In this document: piece after piece, positions 11,209 to 23,888 of the stretch
Layout of the letters: each line of letters opens with the position of its first letter
How positions within the stretch are numbered: position 1 is the first letter of the stretch
DNA from: Podarcis cretensis
Lineage: Eukaryota
Direction: 5' to 3'
Length of the DNA stretch: 64,000 nt
Assembly (NCBI GenBank): GCA_951804945.1
Contig: OX638153.1
Span: forward strand, 65,224,001 to 65,288,000
Position numbers and translations under genes: made by a program
Notes under the pieces: generated by a model
What the model was told of the DNA's origin: nothing
The model's input: the letters and a program-made list of their open reading frames with translations, nothing else
Databases searched by the model: none

Positions 11209-12539
11209 CCCTTGGAGGAAGAACATTATACAGATAGTTTTCTAATCCTCCAAAAGAGAATGGCCAACATGAAGTGATAAAGCACATTCTTTACATGCAA
11301 TGTTCACAGGTTCAATTCCTGCAATCCCCAGTAGGTCCCTCAGAAAACTCCTATAGCTATGCCCACCAAAGCAGCCATTTTATGAATGGGCTGCTTTCCA
11401 TGGCAGCCATTTTGTGAGTGTCCACTGCTTTTTCTCAAAATTCCCTTGCACTAGATAGACCAGTGATTTGACTTGTCGTTAGGCAGCTTCCTATAATCTT
11501 CTTAGAGGCTACCCCCATCCCACGACTTTTTGCTGCAAATCTGCTCCTCAATATATATATATATATATATATTGCAAGCCCAATTGTAAGCCATACCTTG
11601 TGGAGAAAGAGTAGAAAAGATTCTACTAAACTAAAAGAGAACTGGAAGAAGTAAGAATGAAGGACTGACAGGGCAATTACTTGACTTCATTGTCTGCAAA
11701 GAAACTACAGAACATCTGTTAAGTGCCCAGAGGCTCCCAGTCAAATTTCTCTGTTTGATGAGGAAATATCAAACACAAAGGGGTATACAACTGTCAAAAT
11801 ATGTCTTGATTGAAGAAAGTCCCTCATGGTTCCCTTCTAAGAGAGGCTGAGAAATGAGAATTGGCTTGAGGTAGTTATACATCTGAACTTTTGAATAGCT
11901 TATACTGAAAGCAAGCATAAAGGAAGCATATTTATGTGGGTAGCCAGCTCATAAACTTTCTAAACAGAGTGTTGCCCCCTCTGCAGAGGAAGCTGTGTGG
12001 ATTCGAAGCACTGGAGGAAGGACTTTGAATCCACACAGCTGCCTTGTCTGCACCAGACAGCTCCTGACAGCAAACTCTCTAGTGTACCAATCCTCCCACT
12101 TGCAAAGGAACAATTCCTTTCAGTTCCTGATTGTTCTGGATTGTGACTTGGATTGTCCTGGTTGTGACTTGGAAAAAACGGCCTTTTCTGCCATTTTGTT
12201 TTGTATGGGAATGTAACCAGTGTTGCACAAACGGACATCTGCTTGTTTAAGAGGGCTTTCCGGCTGTCCTTCTCCCCACTGCAACCCCTTTGCCCCTTGA
12301 AGGCCTGGAATGTGGCACAGGGAGTGGTAGCGGGAGGAGAGAATTACCCAAAACTACTTTCATTCCCACTATCACTGCAGCTCTTAGCATTTTGGGGTTT
12401 CAGTAGGAAGGAGGAATGCAGGATTATTCTAACACTTTCATCCTTGGGCTCTCACTGCCTTAGATGCAAGGCATGATGCTTACATGCTGAATTACATTTC
12501 CCGGTACTGACCAGCTTCAAAAATTCTTGCTTGTTTCAG

Positions 12540-12614
12540 GAACCCATGTGACAGTAGAAGTACATGCTAGAAATTCTACCCCACAGTTGTTCAAAAAACT
12601 CTCCTTTGGGAAAG
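12540..12614 (+). CDS. KY: KY coding exon 4
   Basis: ttgtttcAG / GTATGC; 75 nt. GTHVTVEVHARNSTPQLFKKLSFGK resembles human GTQLTVEVHPRDAMPQLLKKFSLAK. Confidence 0.92.
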
Positions 12615-12899
12615 GTATGCCGCTTTTAAAAATCAATATTTTGTTTTGGAACAATTCTTACACATTTAATTTTTTTGTTCCCTTGTTCTCGCAACAATAA
12701 AAATAAATTGACTGGTTCCTTGATAAAGGCGAAATATCTCATATTAAATTATATGCAGGAGCTCATGTTGCGCTGTAGTAAAGAAACTGAGCTATGAAAG
12801 AGGGTGTCCTCAAATCTTCTGCAGACTCGCTAGGTAGTCTTAGGAAAGACATTTTCTCTTATCCACAATTCCTCCACTGTGATATGTGGGATATTAATA

Positions 12900-13372
12900 G
12901 TGGCCTACCTTCGCAGATGGTCTGATGGTCACGACACCAGACCCCACAAATACAGCAATCACCCTAACCGAGGAACTCAACACATTCGCAGTGGTGTTGG
13001 GCTTACAAGTAAACTTTGCCAAGTCCAAGGCTATGTGTTTCAACACCCCACCTCATATACAAAAAGAATTTTCCAACATCACAAAGAAAAATCTGCCGTA
13101 TCAAATTCAGATACTTAGAGGTACAAATAACCAGAAACCTCAACAAACTATACCTCCACAACTACAAAGCCCTGTGGTGACAAATTAACAATGACCTGAG
13201 GAGATGGAACCATATTATCTTCACTCTGTCAGATAAAATAGCCATGATCAAAATGATCACCCTTCCAAAATTGACCTACCTATTCCATACCCGTCCAATC
13301 TGGATTCCACCAACCCAACTCCACTAATGGCAGAAAAGAATACACTCGTTTATTTTCTCATACAAAAAGCTT
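12900..13372 (+). mobile_element. L1-like LINE ORF2 (RT and thumb) relic
   Basis: Frameshifted translation FADGLMV...GLQVNFAKSKAM...RYLEVQIT...DLRRWN...KIAMIKMITLPKLTYLF. Confidence 0.8.
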
Positions 13373-13855
13373 CAGTCACTTTTGCACTTTTATTATTGGA
13401 GAATTCTTCCATCTTTGTAGGGCCAATTTCCCAACCTTTCCTCTTACTATATTTAGTAGTAGAGAGGGAGAAAGAGAGCGAGAAGTAAATAAGTAAAATC
13501 TTCCACATATTCCTCAAGCCCTTTAAAATGGTTTGGGCATATTAGTGAGCTGATATCTCAGAGATGATGGGAACACAAATAGTTGAGAGTTCAACGTATG
13601 TCCTCAACCCATGGCAAAGGAAACACTTGCAGCATGCTTTTCACACGATCATATGTTCATGGCTGCCACACCACAGTGAGACTAGGAAAATCCCATGTGG
13701 GGTTTTAGTGTGATGACCTCTTGAACAAATCAGTGTCAATTAATTAAGTACTTGTTCTGTAGGCCTACTCTCCTTTCTCACTTCTCTTTCTTCTTTCTAC
13801 TTCAATTCATTTTACATCCGTTCACCTATCTCACATGCTTTTCACAATTTCATAG

Positions 13856-13912
13856 GTTTTCCGGAGAACAGAAAACGCAGACCCCGTCCACCGGGTTTGA
13901 AAGACCAGCATG
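13856..13912 (+). CDS. KY: KY coding exon 5
   Basis: tttcatAG / GTAACT; 57 nt. GFPENRKRRPRPPGLKDQH resembles human ...NTRPRQPGGKDAH. Confidence 0.88.
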
Positions 13913-14742
13913 GTAACTATAGAGTTGTATTATACCATCGCTCCTACTCCTACAGTACAGATTTCACAGAGGAAACAACAATATACAAAACAGGAAGCAT
14001 CCTTTTAAGAAAAAAAAATGCACACACAAAACAAATGGAGTTCAGAGCCAAGTTTGCATTCAGCACCCAAGGCTGCCCATGTGGTCTCCTTGCCACATGT
14101 TCGCTGCCAGCTCTGTTATCTTTGAAGCGGTTTGGGAACTGACCTGACAGCACTTTCCATCTGTTTAGATGGCAATCCTCATGAGCAGCAGCAGAAGCAG
14201 CATTGTTGCTGCCCACATGGCTTTCCCCAAAGGACCCTGGGAATTGTAGTTTATCTTACCCAGAGCTACAGCTCCCAGAAACCTTAACAAACCACAGGAT
14301 TATTTGGGGGAAGTAATGTGCTTTAAAAGAATTGTGTATGCAGCATATGGAACAAGGGGTGAGTCCTCTCTGATGACTCAAAGCAAGGGTGCTGGTGCCG
14401 ATGAGTTCCAGGAGGCTAAACTTACTAAGCTTTTGAAAATGCCATCAATGCATTGGCAATTTGGCCGAGAAGGAAATCCTGCTCTCAGATTACACCTCCG
14501 CATTTCTTAGTTACAAATACAGCTGATTATTAGGGAGTGAACGTATAAAGCACAGCAGCCATGGTGGAGATCAGCATCTGGCACCCTAGGCCACTGCCCC
14601 AGTGTTCCAGCAGGGTCCACCAGCACTTACGCCTGCGTTGGACCCTCCACCTTGAGCATCTGGGCCTGTGAGCCTCCCTTTTAATGTCCCACAACACCCT
14701 GAAGTGAACACTCCGTTGCACGCCACCCCAGTCCCCAAGTGG

Positions 14743-15314
14743 TGTGAGTCCAGGTGCTTACCCAAGGTTTGTGTTTCCTTTGGAATGAGGCATGGCAGAG
14801 ACTGTGGTGTCTTTATGATACGTGGTTTATTTGCCCATATATAAGCAACCTGAGCCTATGATGGAGAGGCTTCACAGCATTAACACCCCAAGAGGGCCTT
14901 GCTTCGCCGTTAGCCACAGCCTTTAATTCCTGCAGAAACCAAACATCTTTCTCTGGTTTGCCTCTAGTGTAAGGTTACTAGATTTTTTTCAATGAATCCG
15001 GAGACACTTTTCAACTTCAATTGATTTTGTATGGGGACTGATTTGTAAATCCTGGGACTATCCCCGGGAAATGGGGACGTCTAGTTACCTTACTCTAGTG
15101 TTTAGCTCACATCACCCAACTCTCGGCTTTCAATTCTGCCTTTGGCCTTCTAACTACCCACCCATTTGCTATCTCACACAAAGCCCTTTCCTTTGTTCTG
15201 TTTAATGGCCCATCACCCAAGCTGTTGCCTCACCAGGAATCTAGCCAGCTATTCCAAGAATTAGAAGGGGTTCAGGCATTCAGCCTACTCTCCGCCCCCA
15301 AAACCCACGTAACA
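14743..15314. mobile_element. LTR-like interspersed repeat, copy 3 (interrupted by a MITE)
   Basis: Colinear with 7077-7558; TG...CA ends. Confidence 0.6.
14970..15092. mobile_element. hAT (Blackjack-like) MITE, nested
   Basis: TIRs taaggttactaga / tctagttacctta; perfect 8-bp TSD ctctagtg at 14962-14969 and 15093-15100. Confidence 0.88.
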
Positions 15315-17897
15315 GCTACATGAAGTGCTCTAGAGCATTATGGTGAAATAAAATGGCAGTGCCTGGCCTCTCTGGAGTGTTGTTTCTGTCACCACCACCA
15401 CCACTGCCAAGTACAGCTGAGGGAGCCCACCAGTGTAAGAGGGGCCCACAAGATGGTACTGTGCCCAGAAACCCCTCCAGCCTGGAGCCAGTCCTTGTGG
15501 AGATGCAACCTCACTTTGTTGATGGCAAGGTGTGTGCATCACCATAACCTGACCACGCACAGCCCTTTTCGGAAGTTTGATGGGCAAGTGTTTTAGCTGA
15601 GCATGCTGCTTTTAAGATAGGCCTCCAATTAAACATTCAAAATTGGTATAGTCAGTGCCTGCCAATGTTATTTGTGCTTAAATATTGCCTTGCTCCAGTT
15701 TGCACAGCATATCGGAGGCCTAGTACACAATTCTGGCTGCTAGTGGTAACAGTGTGTGACTGTAAGAGTTATTGTGAATTCTGCAGCTGTAGGGAGCCTT
15801 TTCAGTTATAGCCTGACAAAGACTAAAACTGATCACCAATTTGAAGAAACTACCCGCTCCCAAATGGCAAAAAAGTAATTTTCTGAGCTGTATAGAGCAG
15901 GAACCTTTTAAGTGCGTAAATCTGCTTTAGCTCTCTTTAGGTCAGTGTAATAGCCCTCTTCAGCGAAAGGCCAGATAAACAAACAAGCCTGTTAAAGAGA
16001 CAGATGCCTTGTGCTTGAGTGCTGGTTTGAGACAGACAGATGGCTGTTCGGTACATTAGGTGACAGCGCACACCCTCTTGCCTGTAGTTGCTCCATCACT
16101 AATCACAGTCTGGAAATGAGGTTGAACCAAGCCTGAGGAATAGTGAGACACAGACTTCTGACACTAGGCTTTTTTTCAGCTGTGCCTGCCCATTCCCCAA
16201 AGGTCAGGCACAGCAGAAAAAGGTCTGTTGGGGAGGGAGACAGAGCAAGGGAGTCGTGTGCTACTTGGCTTTAAAATCAGGAGAGGCGTGACGCAGTTAG
16301 ACTACTTCTGGACATTGTTCCTGGGCCCGTGAAGCTGCCAATTTGCAGTAGAGACTATTTAGCACCCAAGTGCATCAGCTGATGTATAGCTAATTCACAC
16401 AACACAGCATAGATGGCTTGTGTTGGCTGTGCATCTATGAAGAGTCAACATAATGGCGATATCCAAATCTGATCTTCTGCAAATCTGTCAGAATATTTGG
16501 GCCCAACCAGCTGCCTCTGGGAAGCTCAGAAGCAGGGAACTGAGGCAATCAGCCTCTCCTACTGTGGCCTGTCATTCAGTGGCATTCTGCATATTTACCA
16601 AGAGGCAGTGGTGGCTGATGGGGCAGAAAGCAGGGAGGACAAGAACCAGAGCCCATTACAGGTGGAGCCAGAACCAACGAGAGGCAGAGGCAGCTATTTC
16701 TAGTTTTGTCTCCATCCTCCACCTTGCTGAATCCCAGGAGAGCAACACCGAGACGAAGGAAGAGGAAACTGACAGGCAGTACCACCCCCCTGGACTGGCT
16801 GTAAATAAGGCAGTTAGGTGGGGCTGGCTGAGGGCAGACTGGGGTTGGTGCAGCAGTGCCCAATTTTGCCTAATGGAGCAGCTTCCCCTTGAGCCATGAT
16901 GCCCAACAGCCATTGGCAGACCTATCCTGTATCAGTTTGTGTAATCCCCTTTAAAAGTGACCTAAGGTAGTGGCCATCATGAACACAATCCCAGGCATGT
17001 CTACTCAGATATAATATCTATTCAAATTGATTTAGTCCCAGGACATAGTGCATAGGATTTCGGGCATAGGCTGTTTACATGAAGCGATAGCCTGTGTAGA
17101 TAGGGATGCACATGGTTGCATAGAGAAAATGTTTTTACAAAGCTGATCAGATCTGATTCCATCTTTCATTAATAATCTGTGTTCTGCATGTGTTGCAGCT
17201 GATGCAAATCTCCTCCATTGCTTAGCCTTTTGGTCCCTGCTTAGTCAGGAAACCTTTTGCCTCCCCTTTGTGCCTTAATGTTTATAAATTGGGAAGAGGT
17301 GCACAAAGCCAATGCAATACAGGCAACTCCCCATTTACACAGGGGCCATGTTCTGAGGCACTGTGTGTTTACGTGAAACTGTATATATTGGGAACACCAT
17401 TGAAAAAAACTGCAAACACCCTCCAAACCTCCAGAGGTCTCAATGGTTGGCGCAAGGACTCCTGGGATGGTGTGATCAAACCCAGCCCTCCTGCCCAGCA
17501 TGATATCAGTTGATTGACAAGTGGACGTGGTTTGGAAGACATGGCCTCACTGGCCAAATTGGACCTCCTGCTAGAGCACAACTGGGGCATAGGCTGGAGT
17601 TTCCTCATTCCTAGTTCGTGTATAAACTTACCTGCTCAGTGCTCCATGCATCTGATGAAACAAGCTTTGGGCAAAGAAAGCTTATGCCACTATATATTTA
17701 TTAGCCTTTTCACTTGCTAGTGGACTTTTATTTATTTTTACATAATAAATGGAGGGAAACTTAAACTATTGTAAACCTTCCATGTGAAAACGACTTTAGT
17801 ATAGATCTGGTTTATGCTTGCTAGAGCGTTTGTCCAGTTGAAATGTTTCTTCCTTTCCAGAATAATTATTACCGATGACATGTGTTTTTTCTCCTAG

Positions 17898-17980
17898 CTT
17901 ACCCATGGGACAAGTCATGCTTGAAATCCATACCTTTTGACCTAAAGGACTTTGAGAAATTGGATGCATATGCAACAAAG
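17898..17980 (+). CDS. KY: KY coding exon 6
   Basis: ttttctcctAG / GTAAAA; 83 nt. AYPWDKSCLKSIPFDLKDFEKLDAYATK resembles human AYPWDRSSLKSMSLDLQQFEKLDIY. Confidence 0.95.
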
Positions 17981-19887
17981 GTAAAAACATAAATGGAGGT
18001 CATGACATAATGAATTCAAACTCTGCTTCCCATCATTTCTAAAACTCCAGCACCAGATATATACTGCATATATTCTAGTAATTACACAATGAAATGCTTG
18101 TGGAATTTGGTTGTCTGAATGATCAGATATATCAGTTCAATTATTATTTTTTACAACACTGTGTGGAAAAAGCTACATGGCTGCTGGTAAATATGCTGAG
18201 AAGCCAATTGTGTGGTGAAGTAAAAACCAGTCAGCAGAGTGTTAGTTTAAATATTTTAAATAACAATAATAACCACTTTGGGGAAAAAGATTACAGGAAC
18301 TGGCCTTTAACATAAATTCATGATCCTTGGAATTGGGTTATTGACTGAGTTATCTATGCAGAATACTCTGCAATCATCATCACTTTTTTGAGAAGTTATA
18401 ATACAATTTGTTGAAGTCTGATGATTGCAGAGTCTGTTGCTCATATCAACTCCTTCAGACAACCTCTTCCACTTGAATAGCAGGCAAAACACAAACAGTC
18501 CTTTGAATTTCATTGGTGTATTCCTGAGGTGTCTTTCAGATTCTGCATTAAGAATACCCTTCCGCAATCATCTGAATGGAACTCTTCCCTTCTTACCCCC
18601 AAGCTGCCTTAGACCAAGTATTGCCAGCCCTGACAGGAAGCAGTTCTCCATTTGAAAGAGACATTTCAAATTATTTGCTGCCTCACCCTTCCCCAACCTA
18701 GTGCTTTCCAGAAGTTGTGGACACCATCAGCCCCAAGAGAGTGTGGCCAATGATGAGGGGTGATGGGAATTACAGTCCAACAACATCTAGAGGACCCTAG
18801 TCTGAGGAAGGCTGGTCCTTTGAACAGGAGATGTGAGGCATTGGGCCTGCAAAGCAAGTGCTCTACTACTGAGTAATGATCCCTTTCCCTAGTAATTCCT
18901 CAGATGATATTTCCCTGAGGAAGCACTTCCAAATGTTTTGCTTTAGGCAAAATCTGAGGACAACCTTAAAAGCTGCTTAGAAACTCCACAGGTCTTATCA
19001 AAATGTTGTTTGGCTTCCCTCAGATGCTTCACTTCAGGAGGAGCTCCAAAATTTGCTTCCAATTTCACTTTGGACAAAAATTTCACTGGCAACTCCATAA
19101 ACAACTTGCTAAATATTTCTCACAAAGACAGCATCAGCCCAGGATGAGGTGTCCGCTAAGTATGTGGCTTCCAGATCTTTTAGAACAGATAGAACACACT
19201 TTCATTGGCTGGCAAAGGAAATTGTACAGTAACAGAATCTCATATTGGCCTGAGGGTTGAGCAGGTCTGGCTGACAACCATCATACCATGTGAAAGGAAA
19301 CAGTTTAAATAGAATCTAGTTATAGAATAGTGTCTAAACGTATCTGAAGGGCATACGCGGGATAGGAGAGAGTAACCCTACCCAATAATATATTTGAAGC
19401 TTGTAAAAGACTTGCTTCTTAAAACACAGCAAGCTGCCAAGAACAGCATGATGAAGCTGAGGAAAACCCTGTTCTGAGTGCCTTATGCCAGCCTGCTGAC
19501 TAATAGACAGGGCTTCTAAACAAACAAACAAACAAACAAACAAACAGAAAATGGCTTCGTCCTGAGCCAAACTGTAACCCAGGTGTAGGGAACCTTTGGC
19601 CACCCAGACATTGCTGAACTACAACTCTGCTTGTTGAACATGCCATATGACCAGAGATGGTGCAACCTGCAGTTCTGCAACCTCCAAAAGGTCACAGGTT
19701 CCCCACACCTGTAAGCTAATGTGCTTTCTGTGAAACATAGCAGAGATTTTGTTGATGAAGTCAATGGTTCTGCCAAGTAGTGGACCCTAAGAGAGATCCT
19801 CTAAATTTTGTAGGAAAGCAGAAAAGGTAACCAACCTTCACAGTTGGTTTGAAATCACCGGTTATCCACTTTCTTCCTATAATACAG

Positions 19888-19996
19888 GTGACCGCCAAGA
19901 GTACTGTGGAGGAGCTGGTGAAAACCTTGCTTCGCGTAGCACGTACCGACCTGGAAAAGGTTAGGGCCATTTGGACATGGATATGCCATCATATAG
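19888..19996 (+). CDS. KY: KY coding exon 7
   Basis: atacAG / GTAAGC; 109 nt; encodes VTAKSTVEELVKTLLRVARTDLEKVRAIWTWICHHI. Confidence 0.96.
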
Positions 19997-21328
19997 GTAA
20001 GCAGAGGATGCCGTCATTTCCTGGAACCTGTGGATAATACTGAACAGTTGCATGCCTTTTACTGTGTTTCTAGAACCCAGGTTACATATTGTGTTGACAA
20101 TAGAGGGAGGGAGAATGTCAAGGAAATGCATCAGGCCTGGAAAATCTGAATTTTAAGAAACTTTGAAATGTTTTTACCACCACTGTAAAAAGTGCTGTGT
20201 CAATAATCTTCTCACTCATATACCTTTCAGAGAACTATTCATTCCCAGAAAATACAGATGTAAAATATTGTCTTCCCTTGGGCCATTCTTTCCCAGTTCA
20301 AGTTTGGCGCAGCTGTGAAAATAGTGTTGTGACACCACAGAAGACTCTTAGTACTATTTATGAAACAAATGACAGTTGATTCATACTAGATTGGGTTTGT
20401 ATTGGTGCCTACAGCTTTTCTGCTGCAAGGAGGGGAAAGTAGCAATTTGGAATGGGAACTGGCCAAAGGAGAAAGGGTTGAACAGTTCTTCTCCCTTAGG
20501 ATGTAATTCTACGGTCTCTGGGCAGAGAGGGAGGTCCTTCCTTGAAAACCCCCTCTCAGGCAGTGCAGGAAGAATTGTCACTGGGGCTTTCCAGCTGAGG
20601 TCCAGTGAGAGAAAGCACTGGAAAGGGGTACACCAGTGGTGGGTCACTGTGGGATTTGAAGCTGCTAGATCCAAAACCCTCCCATTCTCTAACCAACACC
20701 CCACCAACACAGGGAGGGAAAGTACATCAACCCACGGACTGGTGCACTGAAAAAGAAAAGAGCCGCCCTCTCTTCCCTTTCTGTCCTACTGGTGAGAGCC
20801 TAGCAGGAATTTAGATCTGGTGGTGCATCTATCCCTGGGGCAAAGCAGACTTCAGGCTGATCAGACCTCCTTTGATTCCCACCCCTGTTAGAATCTCAGT
20901 ATCTACCAACCAGAGCCAGACACAAAAGACATCCCAATTACAATTAAAGAACAGGGTGACTCTGAGCACACTGAACTTAGTGCTAGGAGTTTGTTTTCAG
21001 CAGCAGAAGTTAACTGAATTCACAGTCCTTTTACACACTAATGCATTTCTCCTGGTTAAGTTTCTTCATTTCAGAAGTCTAATTTGGATAGGAAAATTTG
21101 TTTTGTTCTTGTTCTTTAACAACAGTGTGTCAGTATCCATTGCACATTACCAAGGGTTTCCACTGACAGGCTTCCTTAGGTGAATCCCACCCTATGTAAA
21201 CATCTGTTGTACCTGTTTGTATGTGAATATTTCCTGGTTACTTAGCGCAGGTCTGAATGACCCTTGTTTCACTTTGTCTATTTGTTTACTTTACACCTGT
21301 GGTTAAACTTTCAACCTTTGCTCCCCAG

Positions 21329-21446
21329 AATATGATATTGTGGGCTTCTTTAACAAAGACCAGCAGTCTTTCAAGCCCAAGGATGTTCTCCAGAGCGGAA
21401 AGAGCATTTGCGAGGGATACGCTGGGCTCTTTGAACAAATGTGCAG
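21329..21446 (+). CDS. KY: KY coding exon 8 (transglutaminase-like catalytic Cys)
   Basis: ctccccAG / GTACAT; 118 nt; encodes EYDIVGFFNKDQQSFKPKDVLQSGKSICEGYAGLFEQMC. Cys codon at 21409-21411. Confidence 0.96.
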
Positions 21447-21848
21447 GTACATGAAGATCAGAAATGTTCCCTTGCTCTGTTACCTATGCACCAGTTCTAT
21501 CTCTCTTTACACCAACTAGGATTTGAAGCACTGTTTTGAAGCTGTATTGTTGAACAGCAGCAAGTCCTAGAAAGGTCAATTTTGCTTTCCGCCCCCCCTC
21601 CATAATTTACTTTGTACCATCTGCTGAGGCTCGCATTGCATTAACATAATGGCAGACGAGTACATGGGGATAATTTAGTTAGAAGAGGCTCTCTGATTTT
21701 TTTTCTGGAGCATCTGAAGGTTAAAAGAACATTAGGACTGAAGAATATAGACTACCCCATGCAGTTCCTCACATGCAAGAAATGGTGACTGGTGTGTCCC
21801 ATACTGAACTTGGCGACATCCTCTGCAAAGTGCCCCATACATCTAGCG

Positions 21849-22120
21849 CAGGAGCACCCCGGTGCAAAAACCTTTTCCGTCCAGGGGCCACATTCCTTTC
21901 TGGGGGACTTCCCAGGGGCCACAAGTCAGTGGTGAGTGAGAAGGCAGACTCTGGGCAGGATTCATTTAAGTTGTGTGTGTGGCACTCATGCAACAGGACA
22001 TTTCCTCCCTCTCAAGGGACAGCAAGGCTGGTGAGGGGCATGGCCTGAGAAGATTCCCAAGGGCCAGTTAGAGAGGATTGGAGGGCCACATTTGGCCTTC
22101 AGCCTGAAGTTTCCCACCCT
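21849..22120. mobile_element. Degenerate hAT/Charlie-like MITE
   Basis: cagg...aaccttttccgtccaggggccacattcc ... gggccacatttggcc...tttcccaccctg pattern; ends uncertain. Confidence 0.5.
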
Positions 22121-23384
22121 GAGTTAGAGGGATGGGATTTGGCTGTGCAAGCACTGTGATTAATTTCCACCTGACTGCTCACAAAAGAATGGCTACAAGA
22201 CATACAAGTTGATTCCTTCACAAGAACTTTCCTGCTAGCTTCGTTTTTATGAATTAAGGCTGGTGAGAATGCTTTTTTTTTAAAAAAAGGATGTTGTTAG
22301 AACTTCCTTGAAGACTTGGATTCCCATGCCACCCACTCTGTTACATCCAGACCTTAATCGAATCGAGAATAAATCAAGGTTTTCTTCCAATACATCCTCT
22401 ACCCATTGAGAAAAAACAGGTGCTTGTGGAAGGAATTATGTCTATTTTTAATTGCAGCTTTGAGAGGTCTTCCAAGCCAAGCCCCTGGTGTCCATAAAAA
22501 GTTAACATCAACATAATGAAATGTTGTGTTATCAGATATCATTTAACAATAGTAATTATCAACTCATCCAAATGTTCCCTTGTCAGGATCTAGCCCTGCT
22601 GGAAGCTAATTAAGCAATTGTGGGGTATTGAAGCACTCATCGAAATGTTCATCCCATTGTAAGAAGTATGCTTATGGAAAACAGCATTTACATGCCTACT
22701 TGAATGCAGACACTGTGCATCTTCACTGCATGTCTTCCAATGTGCTGTGGATTCCAATCTTTATCCATTCTGCAACAGCTAATCATGGGCAACTACACAT
22801 GGGTCAGGCTAGGTTAGCCACATCATGTTTTGATGAACACAAAGTCTGCCAGAGCAGCGTGACAAGCATTGTGGCTGCTTTGGCAATGGAGATGTATCCC
22901 ATCTCTCTCCATTCTGCCTCACTGAATGGGCTGGGGCCAGTGGAAGACTTTTCTTAGCCCTCAGTGATGTTACATTGACTACTTGCTGCAGACATCATTG
23001 CATTCATTATGGCTGAGATCACACAATGAAATCCTAAAATGGGACCATAAGTAGCCCATTGAGGGGTGCAGAACGGGTGCAGAAATACCACAAAAAGCCA
23101 TTAAGGTAGGAAGTCTCTATAGGGTATTTTGCACCATTCACAAACCTGAATATTGCCTAGTGTGCCTCAATAAAGCATGTAGCCCCTTCCTGTTAGACTG
23201 AGGCAGTACTATGTTCTGCCTTCAGTCAAATTATCCAACCTCATTTGTTTTCCTTTCTTAAGACATTGAAATCAACAGAGAATCCTGCCATCCTTTGTTG
23301 TTGTTTTTCCATCGCAAACACTGTTGAAGAGGAAACTGAATCCAAATTCCCTTCTCTACCCCAAACCATTGCTCTGTCAAGTGT

Positions 23385-23888
23385 TGTTTAGTCGTTTAGT
23401 CATGTCCGACTCTTCATGACCCCATGGACCAGAGCACACCAGGCACTCCTGTCTTCTACTGCCTCCCGCAGTTTGGTCAAACTCATGCTGGTAGCTTCAA
23501 GAACACTGCCCAACCATCTTGTCCTCTGTCGTCCCCTTCTCCTTGTGCCCTCCATCTTTCCCAACATCAGGGTCTTTTCCAGGGAGTCTTCTCTTCTCAT
23601 GAGGTGGCCAAAGTATTGGAGCCTCAGCTTCAGGACCTGTCCTTCCAGTGAGCACTCAGGGCTGATTTCCTTCAGAATGGATGTGTTTGATCTTCTTGCA
23701 GTCCATGGGACTCTCAAGAGTCTCCTCCAGCACCATAATTCAAAAGCATCAATTATTCGGCGATCAGCCTTCTTTATGGTCCAGCTCTCACTTCCATACA
23801 TCACTACTGGGAAAACCATAGCTTTAACTATATGGACCTTTGTTGGCAAGGTGATGTCTCTGCTTTTTAAGATGCTGTCTAGGTTTGT
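23385..23888 (-). mobile_element. BovB (RTE) LINE, 5'-truncated
   Basis: Open frame ...LDSILKSRDITLPTKVHIVKAMVFPVVMYGSESWTIKKADRRIIDAFELWCWRRLLRVPWTARRSN...; CAA-type tail; 18-bp direct repeat cattgctctgtcaagtgt at 23367-23384 and 23889-23906. Confidence 0.95.

Noticed and set aside
16453-16899. 148-aa ORF in KY intron 5
   Set aside because: No similarity to KY or any family I recognise; exons 5 and 6 join in frame without it.
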